Shown piece after piece: positions 1-12,767 of a stretch of 64,000 nt of DNA. The notes beneath the pieces are model-generated. The model was not told where the DNA came from, searched no databases, and saw only the letters and a program-made list of their open reading frames with translations. A program made the position numbers and the translations under genes. Within the stretch, counting starts at the first letter, position 1. Each line of letters starts with the position of its first letter. The DNA is from Eledone cirrhosa (Eukaryota), in contig OZ024741.1 of assembly GCA_964016885.1 (NCBI GenBank), positions 88,784,001 through 88,848,000 on the forward strand, written 5' to 3'.

Positions 1-799
1 TATTATCCCACAATGGTAAATGGTTTAACAATTTAATGTTTCACTCTCGTGATTAAATTATCAATGCTAGGCCTACATACTGTCACTCACAAATCTGCGA
101 CAAGAAGATATAGACCTAAGCTTTAAGATTACTGTAGTACATGACTTCCCTTTTGTAACACTATTTTTACCAAAAATATACTGCCAATGGAGTTCAATAA
201 ATGTTCAAAGTAATCAGGGTTTTGAATAGGATTTAATAAAACAACTAACTTTTTTTTATACATTATAGATTCTTTGTTTAACACCAGGTCAGCATTGATC
301 AAGCAGACCTATGATCCAAGGTATTCTAGCCAAAACCATTCCAGCTTTTTTAATTTTCAGTTAGCCTATTTAGGACCACATAACCCAAGAATGGTGTGAC
401 AGGGAGATTTGGTTGCTTATTCTAACAGATCAATGTAAAGGCTTGCCTACTGGCTAATTATTAATTGGTATACTAGACCTTAGTTAGCAGGGAAAATGTG
501 CATTAAACAATGATGACAAACTAGTACTCTTTAATAAAATAATTATGAAAATGGCACCTATTGAAATCCTATGTTATCATTCATCTAAGAACAAATTTTG
601 ATAGAAACTACAATTTCAAATACAAGACTGTCTGCCAGTCTGTTTTGTGCGTGCGTGCGCATGTGTGTATACATGAGTGCATCTGTGTATAGATTTGAAT
701 GACAAAATAATGCATCTTATATGATGTAAGCTGAAGGGCTATGTCAAAGTATGATAATGATGTAATCTTAATGAAGAAGACACAGCAACATGATCTGAA

Positions 800-990
800 G
801 GTGATGAAATCTTGGCAAGCAAGATGTGTGAAGTGATCAGAGACACTGAAATGTGATTTAACCTATAGACAATGTGATGTGATACTGAAGTTATAGACAC
901 TGTATTGTGGTGTAATGTGATGTGATGCGGTACTGAAGTTATAGACGATGTGATCTGATATTGTAATACGAGACATTGTGATGTGAAGAT
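800..990. repeat. Degenerate low-complexity minisatellite (TGTGA-rich, recurring 'tactgaagttatagac')
   Basis: 'tactgaagttatagac' occurs twice (~883, ~931) among tgtgat runs; explains the spurious ORF 739..1155. Confidence 0.6.
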
Positions 991-1119
991 GACCTTTGTG
1001 AGAAAAAAAGTAATATTTGTTGTGTATTTGATAATTACATGAATCTTGGCATCTCTCTCTTTCTCTCTCCCAAGAAAATGGCTGTGATTAGACTTGGGGG
1101 TATGAGTGTCACCAGATAA

Positions 1120-1300
1120 CCCTTTAGCATTTTTACTATTGTATTGTAATGTCATGTTAAAGGCTTTATCTCACATAATATTGAATCTATGAGATTTTGA
1201 GAACACTACCATAACATCAGTATGAGCAGCCAGTTACAGCTGGTTTGAACAGAAAGAGATGAGAGAGTCCTGGCTGGATACAGCCAGTTTAAATGCCTAA
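1120..1300. mobile_element. Degenerate TTAA-type (piggyBac-like) MITE copy
   Basis: Starts 'taaccctttagcattt', ends 'tttaaatgcctaa'; homologous to 8931-9132, ~44565-44775 and ~61718-61937. Confidence 0.6.
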
Positions 1301-1599
1301 GACAGGCCAGATGTCATGATGGCATTCTTTTGACTACACCAGGAGCTGAGGGTACAAATCAGGTTAGGACAAGGCATATATTATGAATGGTGATATGATT
1401 CCATGCTAGTATGGAAAAACAAACACCCAAACATTGATCATGGCAGTCCTACAGCAACTTACACCCCAAAAGATCCTTCAGTGCAAGCTCTGTGAACCAG
1501 TTACAAAATGTTTGAGATAGAATTCAATCAACACAGACATCTGAGTGGATTTTGAAAGGATCACGTTTTTCATTTTAGCAGCCATCTTGTAATATACTC

Positions 1600-1830
1600 C
1601 AACTAGATTCAGGAGTGATATCATGTTATCCCAGAGTGTATTGCAGTTGACAGAATTAAAGCCTAATACAAAGTCAACAAAGCAGATGATAGTTTGCTGC
1701 TGGTAGCTCCATCATTGCTCCAGAAACTTTCTCAATGAGAAGATTTGATTTGTGCAGCTTTGGCCCTGAAGAAAACCACACTGATATAGTTGAGTCCATT
1801 GATTACACTTGTGCTGAAATCTTCATATGG
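1600..1830 (-). pseudogene. Ancient degenerate non-LTR reverse transcriptase fragment
   Basis: Minus strand reads QCGFLQGQSCTNQIFSLRKFLEQ*WSYQQQTIICFVDF...FNSVNCNTLW, matching the RT QxGF...TDQIF and FVDF..AFDSV motifs. Confidence 0.7.
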
Positions 1831-2055
1831 TATCTGAACAGCTGAGGTTGGCTTGTGCATCTTGATCCCATCTGCATGAACATTAGAAGATAACTTCTCT
1901 TATAAAAATCTGTAGCCTTTTGCCTATTTAACGATTTAATTTCATCTAAATAAATGTATTGATTAACTCAGCACTCAATAGCCTGATTCAGTATCTTCTT
2001 CACTTCAATGTCTGCAAACAGCTGGAGACAGCCTGCAAAAATTCTATCTCCATGT

Positions 2056-2435
2056 ATCATGATCATTTTCCGTCTGCTTTTCCTTGCTTACAAGAGTTGA
2101 ATGGGTCCTTTTTTAGCACAGCATCTCTCCATTTGTCACAGACCTTTGTCATCTCCTCTGTGAGCTTCAACAATCTGAGGTCAGCTGTCACCACCTCCGC
2201 TGATGGTTTTTGTGGTCTTCCTCTACTGCATCTTCGTTCCACTGGGATTACTTGGCACTTCTTCACCCAGTAGTCATCTTCCATGTGCATCACATGTCCA
2301 TACCAATGCAGTTTTCTCTCCTGCACACTAGTTTATTCCTCTTATACACAGTTTCACTCTTAACTCATCCATGCTGACATTGCACATCCATCGGAGCATG
2401 CTTGCTCATTTCTCTCCAGCCTTCACATATCCTCC
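2056..2435 (-). mobile_element. RTE LINE 3' fragment related to family B/D
   Basis: ORF 2063..2326 (LHWYGHVMHMEDD...RGRPQK...WRDAVL) matches the C-terminus of LINE B/D and ends in a degenerate (GAT)n tail. Confidence 0.85.
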
Positions 2436-5400
2436 AGTTTTCTACATTTAAACAAACCTTGATTGCTAGAGTAGAAAAGAAATTTTAGAATGATGGAGAC
2501 AATTTGAATGTTAGCCTGTGAAGCCTTACAGACAAACTAATAGTCGATAAAAGTGAAGGGGCAATTGAAGATAAATATCCAAACCAGTGGACAAAAATGA
2601 ATGTAAAACTATAACTATCTGACAATATAGATGATGATGCTATGAACATCATGCATGAATTTGAATTAATTTTATTCCTTTCTAAGCAGACCTCACATTA
2701 AGCCATATGTAAACACAGGAAGTAGCAGTAATCCTATATAAACATACACATGCGTTCTCTCCCATCCACACTCCACCCTTAGTGACTGTCTCACTATAAA
2801 AGAAACCTCTGAGCAGACAGGTGTGCATGTGTTCTACAATAGTACATAGAAGATATCTTCTTCGTTGTAAATGGTTGAGTTAGATGATGAGCACTGAGGT
2901 AATCAATATATTTAGATGCCATTAATTTGTTAAATAGGCAAGTGGCTACAGATTTTATAAGAGAATGAATAACATTACGTTGTGATGTTCATGGCTTTCC
3001 CAGTATCACTAGTTATGTAGTAAGTGAAATGATATGGCTTCAACTGGAAGCAAAAATTGAGTCACAAACTCAACTAGCCAGGAGCTGAAGTAATACATAA
3101 ACTACTTATTTACAGAAACAATTGAAGAAGTGTTGAGTAAATTATGAATGTATTTTAGCTTATATTAACTGCTTCAACACAGGTACTTAATTATAAAAAT
3201 AGTTAAACAAGCTGGACATATGAGCTCCGAGAGATAGAAAAAAGTGAACAGTATTTCCTAGTTCAGATCCCACAGGTAATGCTGTCCACTTTTTTCCCAT
3301 CTCTAGGGGCTCATATGCCCAACTTGGTCAACTATTTTCATAGTCAAAAACCTGTGTTGAAGCTGACATATATTCAAATTTATTTTTAACTTGATACAAC
3401 ACTAACTGTCTATAGCATATAAAATCAATTAAAACAACATAGTATATTACCGGTATTTATAATCAGCCCTGAAAAGAGAGACAAAAGGCTAAGTTGAACA
3501 AAGAATAGTGAAGTTACAAATCAAACATAAAGTATCTAGCCAAGTGCTCTCCTGTCTCACTCTTCTCTCCAATTGTAGTACTGGAAAGTGTACATTTTAT
3601 TTAACAGAGTTTATTTTAATGAAATTTTGTAACTACACACATCTTCAAGGCAGTTGCCAAAACCTCGGGTTTATCTTTACTCTACAACACACATCAGCCA
3701 GAAATGTATAAACCAACCAAAAGTCCCTGTCTTTAGTAAAAACCAGGATGCCTACAACATAAATGATGAAAACTTAGCTAAGAGACACTGACACATTCTG
3801 ACTGTAGGTGTCAATAACAATACAAAACTGCTACCCAATTATATATACCTCAAATTACATCCTAGTCTTCAGGATTAGAGCTGACTTGGTACTTAACAAG
3901 AGCAATACCTACTCATGAAGCTTAAGATATATTTAACCCTTTTCTTACTATATTTCTAATGAAACATACTGTCTATGATTTACAAATAATTTTGAAAATA
4001 ATCAAGAATTTTGTGGGATTTTCTAATATAACTCAATTTCTGGTTATTCATGTAGTAATTGTAGCATAATTTAAATGTTCTTTCGTAAAAATATGATCAA
4101 AGGTTTTTAGATAAATACAAACACTTTAAACCAAAGAGTTTTGTATGAAAGAACCAGGTCTGATTTCAAGCGCTTTAGTATAAAAAAAAAAACTTAAGTA
4201 AAAAACAAATGGAATTTATGACTCTTAAACAAAACAAAAACAAGAAAAAAAAACAATGTAAAGATACTGTAATGAAATTTGCTTTGTGATATTCCTAATG
4301 AAATTGAAACTAGGCAGCACTGGAAATTGAAACTAGGCAGCAAAATTTATATATTCACTGGGAGGTTAATTTATGGCTCTATGGCCACTTAAAATATAGT
4401 TTTCTTCTTTGTATTTCTCACATTACCATATTTCTTATGAAAAATACTGCTTATGATTTCGAGTTAATAAAATAACTAACTTTCTCATTATTAAGCTGAT
4501 GCTTACTTAATACACAACAAAGGTTCTTACATAAAATTATGATGGAAAGTTTTTAGATAAATATAAACATGTTTTTAAAAAAAATTATACCATAGAATCA
4601 GAGACGGTTTTAGGCAGTTTGGTATCAAAAGAGTAAATGTGTTCCTGTTCAAATATGTCAGTATAGAGTTCTAACCTAGATAACCTCAAGCAGTTATCTA
4701 TGTGGCTCAACTTATTTTCTCAACACCAGATACATAGTTTTAACTATGCTTGTGTTTGAATGTGTGTGTGTGTGCGCGCATGCACATATACATATATATA
4801 CACACACATCATCACCAACTCTTGGTGTTGAGAATTTGATTTTCTTGAATTTATCTGTGTTCTAAGGTGGATATATATAAGCCTACTTTCTGATTTTAAA
4901 GAATGTCACCAATGAAGACAGGGGAATTAGAGTGCACCTGGGTCTAAAAGTCTTGTCCTGCTTCCCTCCATTGTCAGCCTCCTTTTTATGGTTATTTTCA
5001 AAGAAATTGTGCCCAACAAAGCATTATTCTCTTCAGACCAGACAATCAGAGGCATCAACAGTTGATACAGCAGCTATGAGTTCAATTTTGGGCAGCTGTT
5101 TTACTATTACACTAAAGAGAGACTAAACATTCATCCATCAGTTTTAAGCTTTATCTACCAGCCAGGAAATGTAAACAAAGAAGCAATTTTTTTGAAAGTA
5201 TGTTAGCTTATTGAAAGCTGCTAATGCAAGTTGGGTATATAAATCTCTGGAGATGGAAAAGTGTGGACAGAGTTGCTTGTGGGAATCAAGCAAGTGGGAT
5301 TAATGTTTAATATAATGTATATATATATATGTCTACCAGGGGGAAAAAAACAAAAACAACTCAGAACAATCCAGTCATGAATTATGTGAAAACTTCCTCA

Positions 5401-5506
5401 TTTTAGAGCTTACACACACCCAATGGCTGACTAAACAGATATGTACTGTTTGTATAAAAAGACATTTTTCCATTTCTTCCTCTTCTCTATCTTTCATGCC
5501 TCATTC

Positions 5507-5547
5507 TATCTTCTGATGAAGGACTAATGTCCGAAACATTACGACTC
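5507..5547 (+). ncRNA. Decayed minimal type-I hammerhead ribozyme motif (Penelope-type)
   Basis: CTGATGA-A-GGAC-taat-GTCC-GAAAC-ATTA: core plus perfect stem II; stem III AACATT is consistent with CpG-decayed AACGTT; stem I weak. Confidence 0.55.
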
Positions 5548-5587
5548 TCTTCCTTTGTAGCTTCCTATTTACTTTTCGTGCATATAT

Positions 5588-6022
5588 ATCATCACCGTTT
5601 TACGTCCATTCTTCCACGCTAGCATGGGTTAGACGGTTGTCCTGTTGTGGGCAGTGTCCAGTCGGCTGACCTTATCTTGCTCATACGGGAACTGGTTCTG
5701 GCTTGATTTCTACAGCTGGATGCCCTTTCGAACACCAACCTCATTTACAGTGAGTGCTGGGTGCTTTTTCTCCGTGGTGCCTACACGTCCACTTTACAGT
5801 GTGGGCTGGGTGCTTTTTTGCCGTGGCACCTCCACGACCACTTTGCAGTGGAATGATATGGACCCCAGTCCTATCATCTCATTTCTACAGCTGAGTAAAC
5901 TGGAGCAATGTGAAATAAAGTGTCTTGCTCAAGGAAACAACACATCACCCGGTCTGAGAATTGAACTCACAACCTTTCGATTGCAAGCCCAATGCTCTAA
6001 CCACTAAGCCATGCGTCTTCAC
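5588..6022 (-). mobile_element. tRNA-derived SINE family 1, variant with LINE-A-type 3' tail
   Basis: A box TGGCTTAGTGG and B box GAGTTCAATTC on minus strand; two 48-bp units; 3' ~200 bp closely matches LINE A 3' UTR (22540-22740). Confidence 0.9.
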
Positions 6023-6090
6023 ACACAGCCGTTAATATGCATAAGGAAAGTATATACTTTCAGACGTTCAATCATCTGGCAGGAAGGTAT

Positions 6091-6133
6091 ACGGTGCTGA
6101 CGATAGCTAATAAGCTTGAAACTAGTTCATCGT
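6091..6133 (+). ncRNA. Type-I hammerhead ribozyme motif (Penelope pLTR-like remnant)
   Basis: acggtg-CTGACGA-tAGC-taataa-GCTt-GAA-ACTAGT-T-catcgt: stem I acggtg/catcgt, stem II AGC/GCT, palindromic stem III ACTAGT. Confidence 0.65.
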
Positions 6134-6355
6134 TCCTTTGTAAGGGCAACGATGGTTGCTAAACACTGTACGGCTTAATTCGGGATGTTTGTTTACAAAC
6201 ACACCAAGCATTATAATAAATGTTCGGTAAATCCATACGTACATATATATATGTGTGCATGTATGTATATATACATACTACTGTACGTCTGTATACATAT
6301 ATGTATGTACGTATACATATATATATGTACGTATACATATATATATATATATTTA

Positions 6356-6684
6356 TGGAGGCACATGGCTTAGAGCATTGGCCTTGCAATCGAAAGGTTG
6401 TGAATTCAATTCTCAGACCGGGTGATGTGTTGTTTCCTTGAGCAAGACACTTTATTTCACATTGCTCCAGTTTACTCAGCTGTAGAAATGAGATGATAGG
6501 ACTGGGGTCCATATCATTCCACTGTAAAGTGGTCGTGGAGGTGCCACGGCAAAAAAGCACCCAGCACTCACTGTAAATGAGGTTGGTGTTAGGAAGTCAT
6601 GCAGCTGTAGAAATCAAGCCAGAATCAGTTCCCGTCCCACCCTTACAAGCAGGGAAAAGCGGACGTATGATGAATGATGATGAT
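6356..6684 (+). mobile_element. tRNA-derived SINE family 1, variant with LINE-B-type 3' tail
   Basis: Same head and body as 5588-6022; tail 'cccgtcccacccttacaagcagggaaaagcggacgta..tgatgat' matches the LINE B/D 3' end. Confidence 0.9.
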
Positions 6685-7489
6685 ATATATATATAGTTAG
6701 TGTTTTATTTCAATTTTTTCATGAATTTGGTAAAAATATTCAAGTGATATTTATTTTAAACGCAAGGAAAGTGTTGAAATTTTAAACTGTGAGAGTAAAA
6801 CAAACTTAACTAAAATGCATGAAGAATTAACTTTCAAGTTAAATAAACTTAAAATTAAAAAAAGAAAAATATGAAAAAGAAATGTTTTCTAAAACTACTT
6901 AGAAAAATTCCTGTAATTATCACTGTGTGTGTGTATATATATTGTGTATATATAGTGTGTATATATATACATACATTGGTAGACTGTTTATTTTCAAACC
7001 AAATGCTATATAATATATTCATTGTGGAAAATAAAGCTATAAACAAATGATTCAAAACTAGAACATAATAACAACAGTTATTAATCTTGTTACTGTTGTT
7101 GTTGTTGCTGCTGGTGTTGTAGCATCAGTACTGTTGATGAGGTTAGAGTTAGTGTTGGAGGTGTTTCATGTAAAACATATACATCAAATAACAGTATGTA
7201 CCAGTCCAGGTTCTTTAGCACATTCGTGAATAGATTAAAAGAACAGCTGAAACAACAGCATTTATTATTTAAAGATAATCACAAGAAAATCATGGAAATT
7301 AGTGGTGGTCGGCTTTGGCAGGAGTCATTCCAGTAAAACAAAGCAGAACAGTGAAGTGGTATGTTGTGGGTGATATGGAGAGGGCGGGAGACATATAATA
7401 TCATTTTTTGGACAACACTCTCTTCAATCATTATTTCTTTACCTCACTCATGGTACACCAACAAGCTTCATTCTTTTTCTTTCTTCTTG

Positions 7490-7682
7490 TATGTATGAGT
7501 GTGTATGTGAATGTGCACATATGCATGTATGTATACATGTATATGAGTGTGTGAATAGGTATGCATGTATGTATGTGTGTGTATGAATAGATATGCATGC
7601 ATGTATGTATGCATGAATGTGTGTGTGTGTGAATAGGTATGTATGCATGTATGTATGTGTAAATGTATGTATGTATGTATGT
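7490..7682. repeat. (TGTA)n/(TG)n compound microsatellite
   Basis: Directly visible. Confidence 0.9.
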
Positions 7683-7861
7683 TTTGCACTTGCTGTGCTC
7701 TCTGTATCTCTGTCCATTATAAATATCAGCAACCTATACCATTACTATGTCTATGATACAAGCCTGGACCATGTGGGAGAGTGCTCTCTGGTGCACAGAA
7801 CCCTAGGCACAAACTGCCTCATGGTCCCAGCAGTTAGAATAAAGAAAGCATTACCCTAGAG

Positions 7862-8469
7862 CAGTGGTTTCCAAACTTTTTTTATCACGGAACCCTCCTG
7901 TACATGAATTAAACTAGTAGTTGCGGAAGGTTGTGCTGCATGTTCAGCAATTTCTGTATCTTCTATAGAAGATTTTGTTTCTGTATTTCTTGTAATTTCA
8001 GTTCCTTTACAAATTTCTTGTTTTTTTTTAACCATCGATCCATTGAGGGGCTTTGAAAATAAAAATGTTAATAAAACTCAAAAATAAACTTGTTGACAAG
8101 GAGCAAATGTTTATTGATACAGGATACAGCACATGCTTACTGTGTGAGACTTGGTACCTATGTTACGTTTAAGAGAGAACTTAAATATTCAAATGAGAGA
8201 TTCAAATACGTAAGTTTATTGTAAAAAGTTATAAATCTGATTATAATTCTGAGTATTACACGGTGCTCACAGCACACCCTTAATAATGGAATACTACAAC
8301 CCAACTGAACGATTTGGCTGAGAGCTCCGCAGCTTTGCATGTTTATATGGGGAGTATATACCGATCATACACGTTACAACTTGTTAGTCTTTATTTTTTA
8401 TAGTAAACTTCAACTGGCCTTGCTTCACGGAACTCTAGGGTTCCGCGGAACCCACTTTGGGAACCACTG
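7862..8469. mobile_element. hAT (Charlie-like) non-autonomous DNA transposon, 608 bp
   Basis: TIRs cagtggtttccaaa / tttgggaaccactg; perfect 8-bp TSD ccctagag (7854-7861, 8470-8477); interrupts an older repeat whose uninterrupted copy lies at ~42890-43085 (-). Confidence 0.93.
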
Positions 8470-8930
8470 CCCTAGAGAATAGTGATGGCAACACATTGAA
8501 ATAGCCATTCTCACTCATTTGGGTGACCAATTATGCCCTGATATCAATAAGTAGGGCAGTGGTTCAGAGATATTGCTGATGATCATGATGATAGTAACAT
8601 CTGGATGAAGCTTCAAAATTATAGAAGTAAATAACATAAACACACACACTCTCTCTCTTTGTTAAGAGACTTAATAAATAATTGTTTCTACTTTAAGCAC
8701 AATGCCAGTAATTAGTGGAAAGGAGAAAGTCAATTAAACTGACCCCAATATTTGACTAGTACTTTATTTTATTGACCCTGGAAGAATGAAAAGCAAAGTA
8801 TACCTCTGACATAATTCTTAAGGAGATTATATGTGACATAGTATGAAAAGGCTGGTCTTTGGAATTACAAGTAAAGTCTATCTTTCATAGTGTAGGTGGC
8901 TAAGTATTCCATAGCCACGTGTAGTCTTAA

Positions 8931-9132
8931 CCCTGTAGCATTTAAACCAGCCATATCTGGCCAGAATTCTCTTACCTATTCCTGTTCAAACTGGCTGTAA
9001 CCAACCACACACACTTATGCGAAGGTATTGTTCTCAAAACAAATAATATCAAAATCTCATAGATAATTGTGAGATAAAGTATTTACTGTGAAAATACAAT
9101 AGTATACATAGAGTAATATAAATCCTAAAGGG
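8931..9132. mobile_element. piggyBac-like TTAA MITE
   Basis: TTAA at 8927-8930 and 9133-9136; TIR ccctgtagcattta / taaatcctaaaggg; uninterrupted paralogous site 'acgtgtactcttaatgtaatt' at 9421. Confidence 0.85.
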
Positions 9133-9205
9133 TTAATGTAATTTTTAAGGAAATTCAGTGACAAGGCTGGGCCTTTCAATTATAAGTACAATCTATCTTA
9201 TATTA

Positions 9206-9377
9206 CAATTGTTTCTACTTTTGGCACAAGGCCAGCAATTACCCAGTGCATTATTTTATCAACCCCGTAAGGATGAAAGGCAAAGTTAACCTCGGCGGGA
9301 TTTGAACTCAGAATGGCAAGGGCCGTAACTCTATGTGTCAAAGCATGGCGTCCGACCCTCTACCGATACTGCCAATG
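9206..9377 (-). mobile_element. tRNA-derived SINE family 2 (core 'gcctttcatccttacggggtcgataaaataaagtacc', resembling the Meta domain)
   Basis: B box GAGTTCAAATC; flanked by ~14-bp TSD tctatctt(a/c)tatta (9192, 9378). Confidence 0.85.
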
Positions 9378-12236
9378 TCTATCTTCTATTATAATGTAAG
9401 TAGTTAAGTATGCCTCAGACACGTGTACTCTTAATGTAATTTTAAAAAGGATTCAACATAAAAAGATGTATACCAAGGTTGGTCCATCCAATTACAGTCC
9501 ATCTGACAAACTTCCAAATAGTTCTTATCTACTACATTACACTTACACACTTTGAATCCAGAAAGTAAAGATTAATAACTGAATACTCCAAAGTATTTTG
9601 TCCAGTGCTCTATCAATCTCCCACCATTCAATTTAATGACTAATGCTGTCGTGAGAAGTGTGAAACATTTTTTTGAAAAGTTAACAAATTATCATCATCA
9701 TATTAAAGCAATTCTCCATAGACACTGCCCCACTCCCATCATCATCATCATCATCATCACCATTTAACATCCATTTTCCTTGCTAGCAAGGGTTGGGCAT
9801 ATTGTCACAGACTGGTGAATCTTCAAATGGAGTCTCTGACCTATAGGTGGGCTGGAAGTTTGATATATGAACCTGCTCTCTGAGTGCATTTTATTGAGGC
9901 ATCAACACTAGGGAAGTTGTCATATCTTTGGCACAGCTGAAGAATCTTCACGACTTTTTGTTTGGCAGGTTTTTTATAGTTGGGTACCCTTCCTATCACT
10001 AACTACTTTGCAGAGTCTACTGGGTGTATTTATTGTGTAAATCACCAACACTAGATAGGTTGTCATGACACAACTAAAGAGTTCTCTCAACCCTTTTGGC
10101 ATGGTTTCTACAGTGTGGTGCCCTTCTTGCCACCAACTACTTTACAGGGTGTGCTGGATGCATTTATCGTAGTACCATCACCACGATTATCTAAAATATG
10201 AAAACTATACGATTATATATGTGTAGGTTTGAATTCAATAGTTAAAGCATAAGAAAACATACACCAATGGAGGAAATTTTTACCTACCCACTTGTTTTCC
10301 ATTTACCTAATGTAGTAACATATCCCTCAACAAATTCCCTACTATCTTTGTAAGGAACATATATTTCAAGTCCTATAAATATTACAACAGAATGTCCCCA
10401 CAATAACGTTTGAGAATCCATCCTGCAGTAACTTAAATTTTTCAGAACTTGGAGTTAGTCCCAGTTTCATGCTAAATGGGACACTAATGCAATTCAGGTC
10501 ACATTTCCAGGTGATTTGGTATTTATTTTAACACCTGGGATGATGTAGTGGCTATACACACAAGCATGCTATTCTACATTCAAGAGATTAACTAAAACAC
10601 ACTTAACACAACTGACTCACAAAAACATTTTCTTCTCTCTGCCTTTTTGACTACTACTTAGCTATTATTCTCTGACTAGCAAGTAAGAGTACCACTTACA
10701 CTTAACCCCACCTAACATATCCATATCTCTTCTTCCTCTTGTTAGCTTTACTATGTCTCATGCACAAAACTATGTACTACACAATTTCCTATTATATTCT
10801 GCTACTAGAGACATCAAACTACAGAAATTCTAGCAGAACATCATATCAACTGCATCAATATTACCAGTCTAGGTGAATGTGCAGTGGTGTGATAAAGAGT
10901 GCAGTGGTCTGGGAGTGTGTGCAGCTGTTTGGACTAATAAATATTACCAATAGCTAGGTAAACTGGAACAATATATAAAATAAAGTGGCTACAGCAGTCT
11001 ACTAATCAGAACTGTTCAAGTAACCTACTACACAGATGGTGGTAGTATTGATAAGGTACCAAAATACTTCCTTACAAATTGAGAGTTCAAACCTGTTCAG
11101 TGTACATTGTCATTGGTGAGCTCTATTATGGTTGACCAGCTATGACTAAACAACAACAAAATTAGCTATGATCGATCAATGATCTCTGTTGGTTTCTATG
11201 ATGAGTATTCCAGTTGTTCAATCAAAGGAACAGCCTGCTCATGAAATTAACGTGTAAGTGGCTGAGCATTTCAGAGACATATGTACCTTTAACATAATTC
11301 TCAGGGTGATTCAGTGCGTGACAAGGCTGGCCCCTTGAATTACAAGTACAGTCTAACTGATTAGCTTCCAAACTGTTTTCATCTAATCAATTTTACTCAC
11401 ATGGTTTAGGGAAACTCGCAGCTATGGTGAATAACACTTGCCTAAGATGCTACAAAGTAGGATCAAATCTGGGACCTAATGATTGTGAAGTGACCTTACT
11501 AACCATTTAACATGCTGCATCCACAAAGCTAGCTGAATACTTTGTATGAATCACATTTTAAGATGAGACAAGAAAACTACAGGAACCTGGGTCTCACCAC
11601 AGGAAAACATTTTCCAAACATGGCATAATTGTGGGGAATAATTATGTTATTATTTTGTTATTTTGAGTGTGTCCGTCCATATATAATATGTGTATCTATT
11701 TATTTATGTGCTTGTGTGTGAGTGCATGTATGTAAATGTACATGTATGGGTATATATATGTATGTACAAAGGGACATGACAAAACACCCATGTGAATAAT
11801 ATGTTGCCTGCAAACAATGGTTTGAGGACAGGCATTATAAACTATGAATGAATTACACTTTAACACATGACAACAACAACAACAAAGGCTATATGATTGC
11901 AAACAAAGTTGCCAAATTTAGGAAACAATTGTAGAAACAAATATGTTCCCAATTTTAATCACCCATAAATGTGATTGCCCTTTCAAAATATTTTTTAATT
12001 ATCTGTAGTCATGCTTCCACTTGGTATGACTCATAGGGTTAAAACTCATTTACAATTTCCTGTAGTAAAGCAGTGACTTGGCAAAGTTGTTAGGGCATAG
12101 GACAAAATGCCTTGCTGCATTTATTCTTGCTCTCTGTGCTCCGAGTTCAAATCCTGCCGAGAGCAATTTTGCCTTTCACTGGCAACAAATGAGCAGACTG
12201 ATGGTAAGACAGTGAATGAGTGATTTAGTATCAAAT

Positions 12237-12392
12237 AATTGTTTCTACTTTAGGCACAAGGCCAGCAATTACCCAGTACATTACTGGTACTTTATTTTAT
12301 CGACCCCGTAAGGATGAAAGGCAAAGTTAACCTCAGCGGGATTTTAACTCAGACTGTAAAGGGACATAACTATGCTAGAAAGCATGGCGTCA
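12237..12392 (-). mobile_element. SINE family 2 copy
   Basis: Closely matches 9206-9377 and 18485-18666. Confidence 0.8.
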
Positions 12393-12577
12393 GCAGCAAC
12401 AGAATGGACAAATGTTTTTGCCTTTGTGTGAGTGATGCAACAAAAAGTCCATCTTGTAAGGTGGTTGGCATTAGGAAGGGCATCTAGCCATAGAAATCCA
12501 AGCCAAAAGTGAATTGTATGAGTGAGATGTGGTTCCATGACTTGTAATAGCCTCATAATATGACAGCCCGTCAAACC

Positions 12578-12767
12578 CAGAATTTCCCCAAACTTTTTCA
12601 AATGCAGAAGGAACCCCTTTCTGGTTCAGAAATATTTGGGGAAACCCCGAAGCCTAATACTGTCATATGGTCATAATATAAATATACTCCTCTACTTCTT
12701 TCATGGAACCCCAGACACTCCTTTGAGGAACCCTTGGGTTCCGAAGAACCCCCTTTGGGAACCACTG
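12578..12767. mobile_element. hAT MITE, 190 bp, inserted in an RTE/SINE 3' tail
   Basis: Ends cagaatttccccaaac / tttgggaaccactg; 8-bp TSD gtcaaacc / gtctaacc. Confidence 0.82.

Noticed and set aside
4900-5170. Non-repetitive stretch with ORF 4932..5126 as a possible exon
   Set aside because: No recognisable protein motif or convincing splice-site pair.
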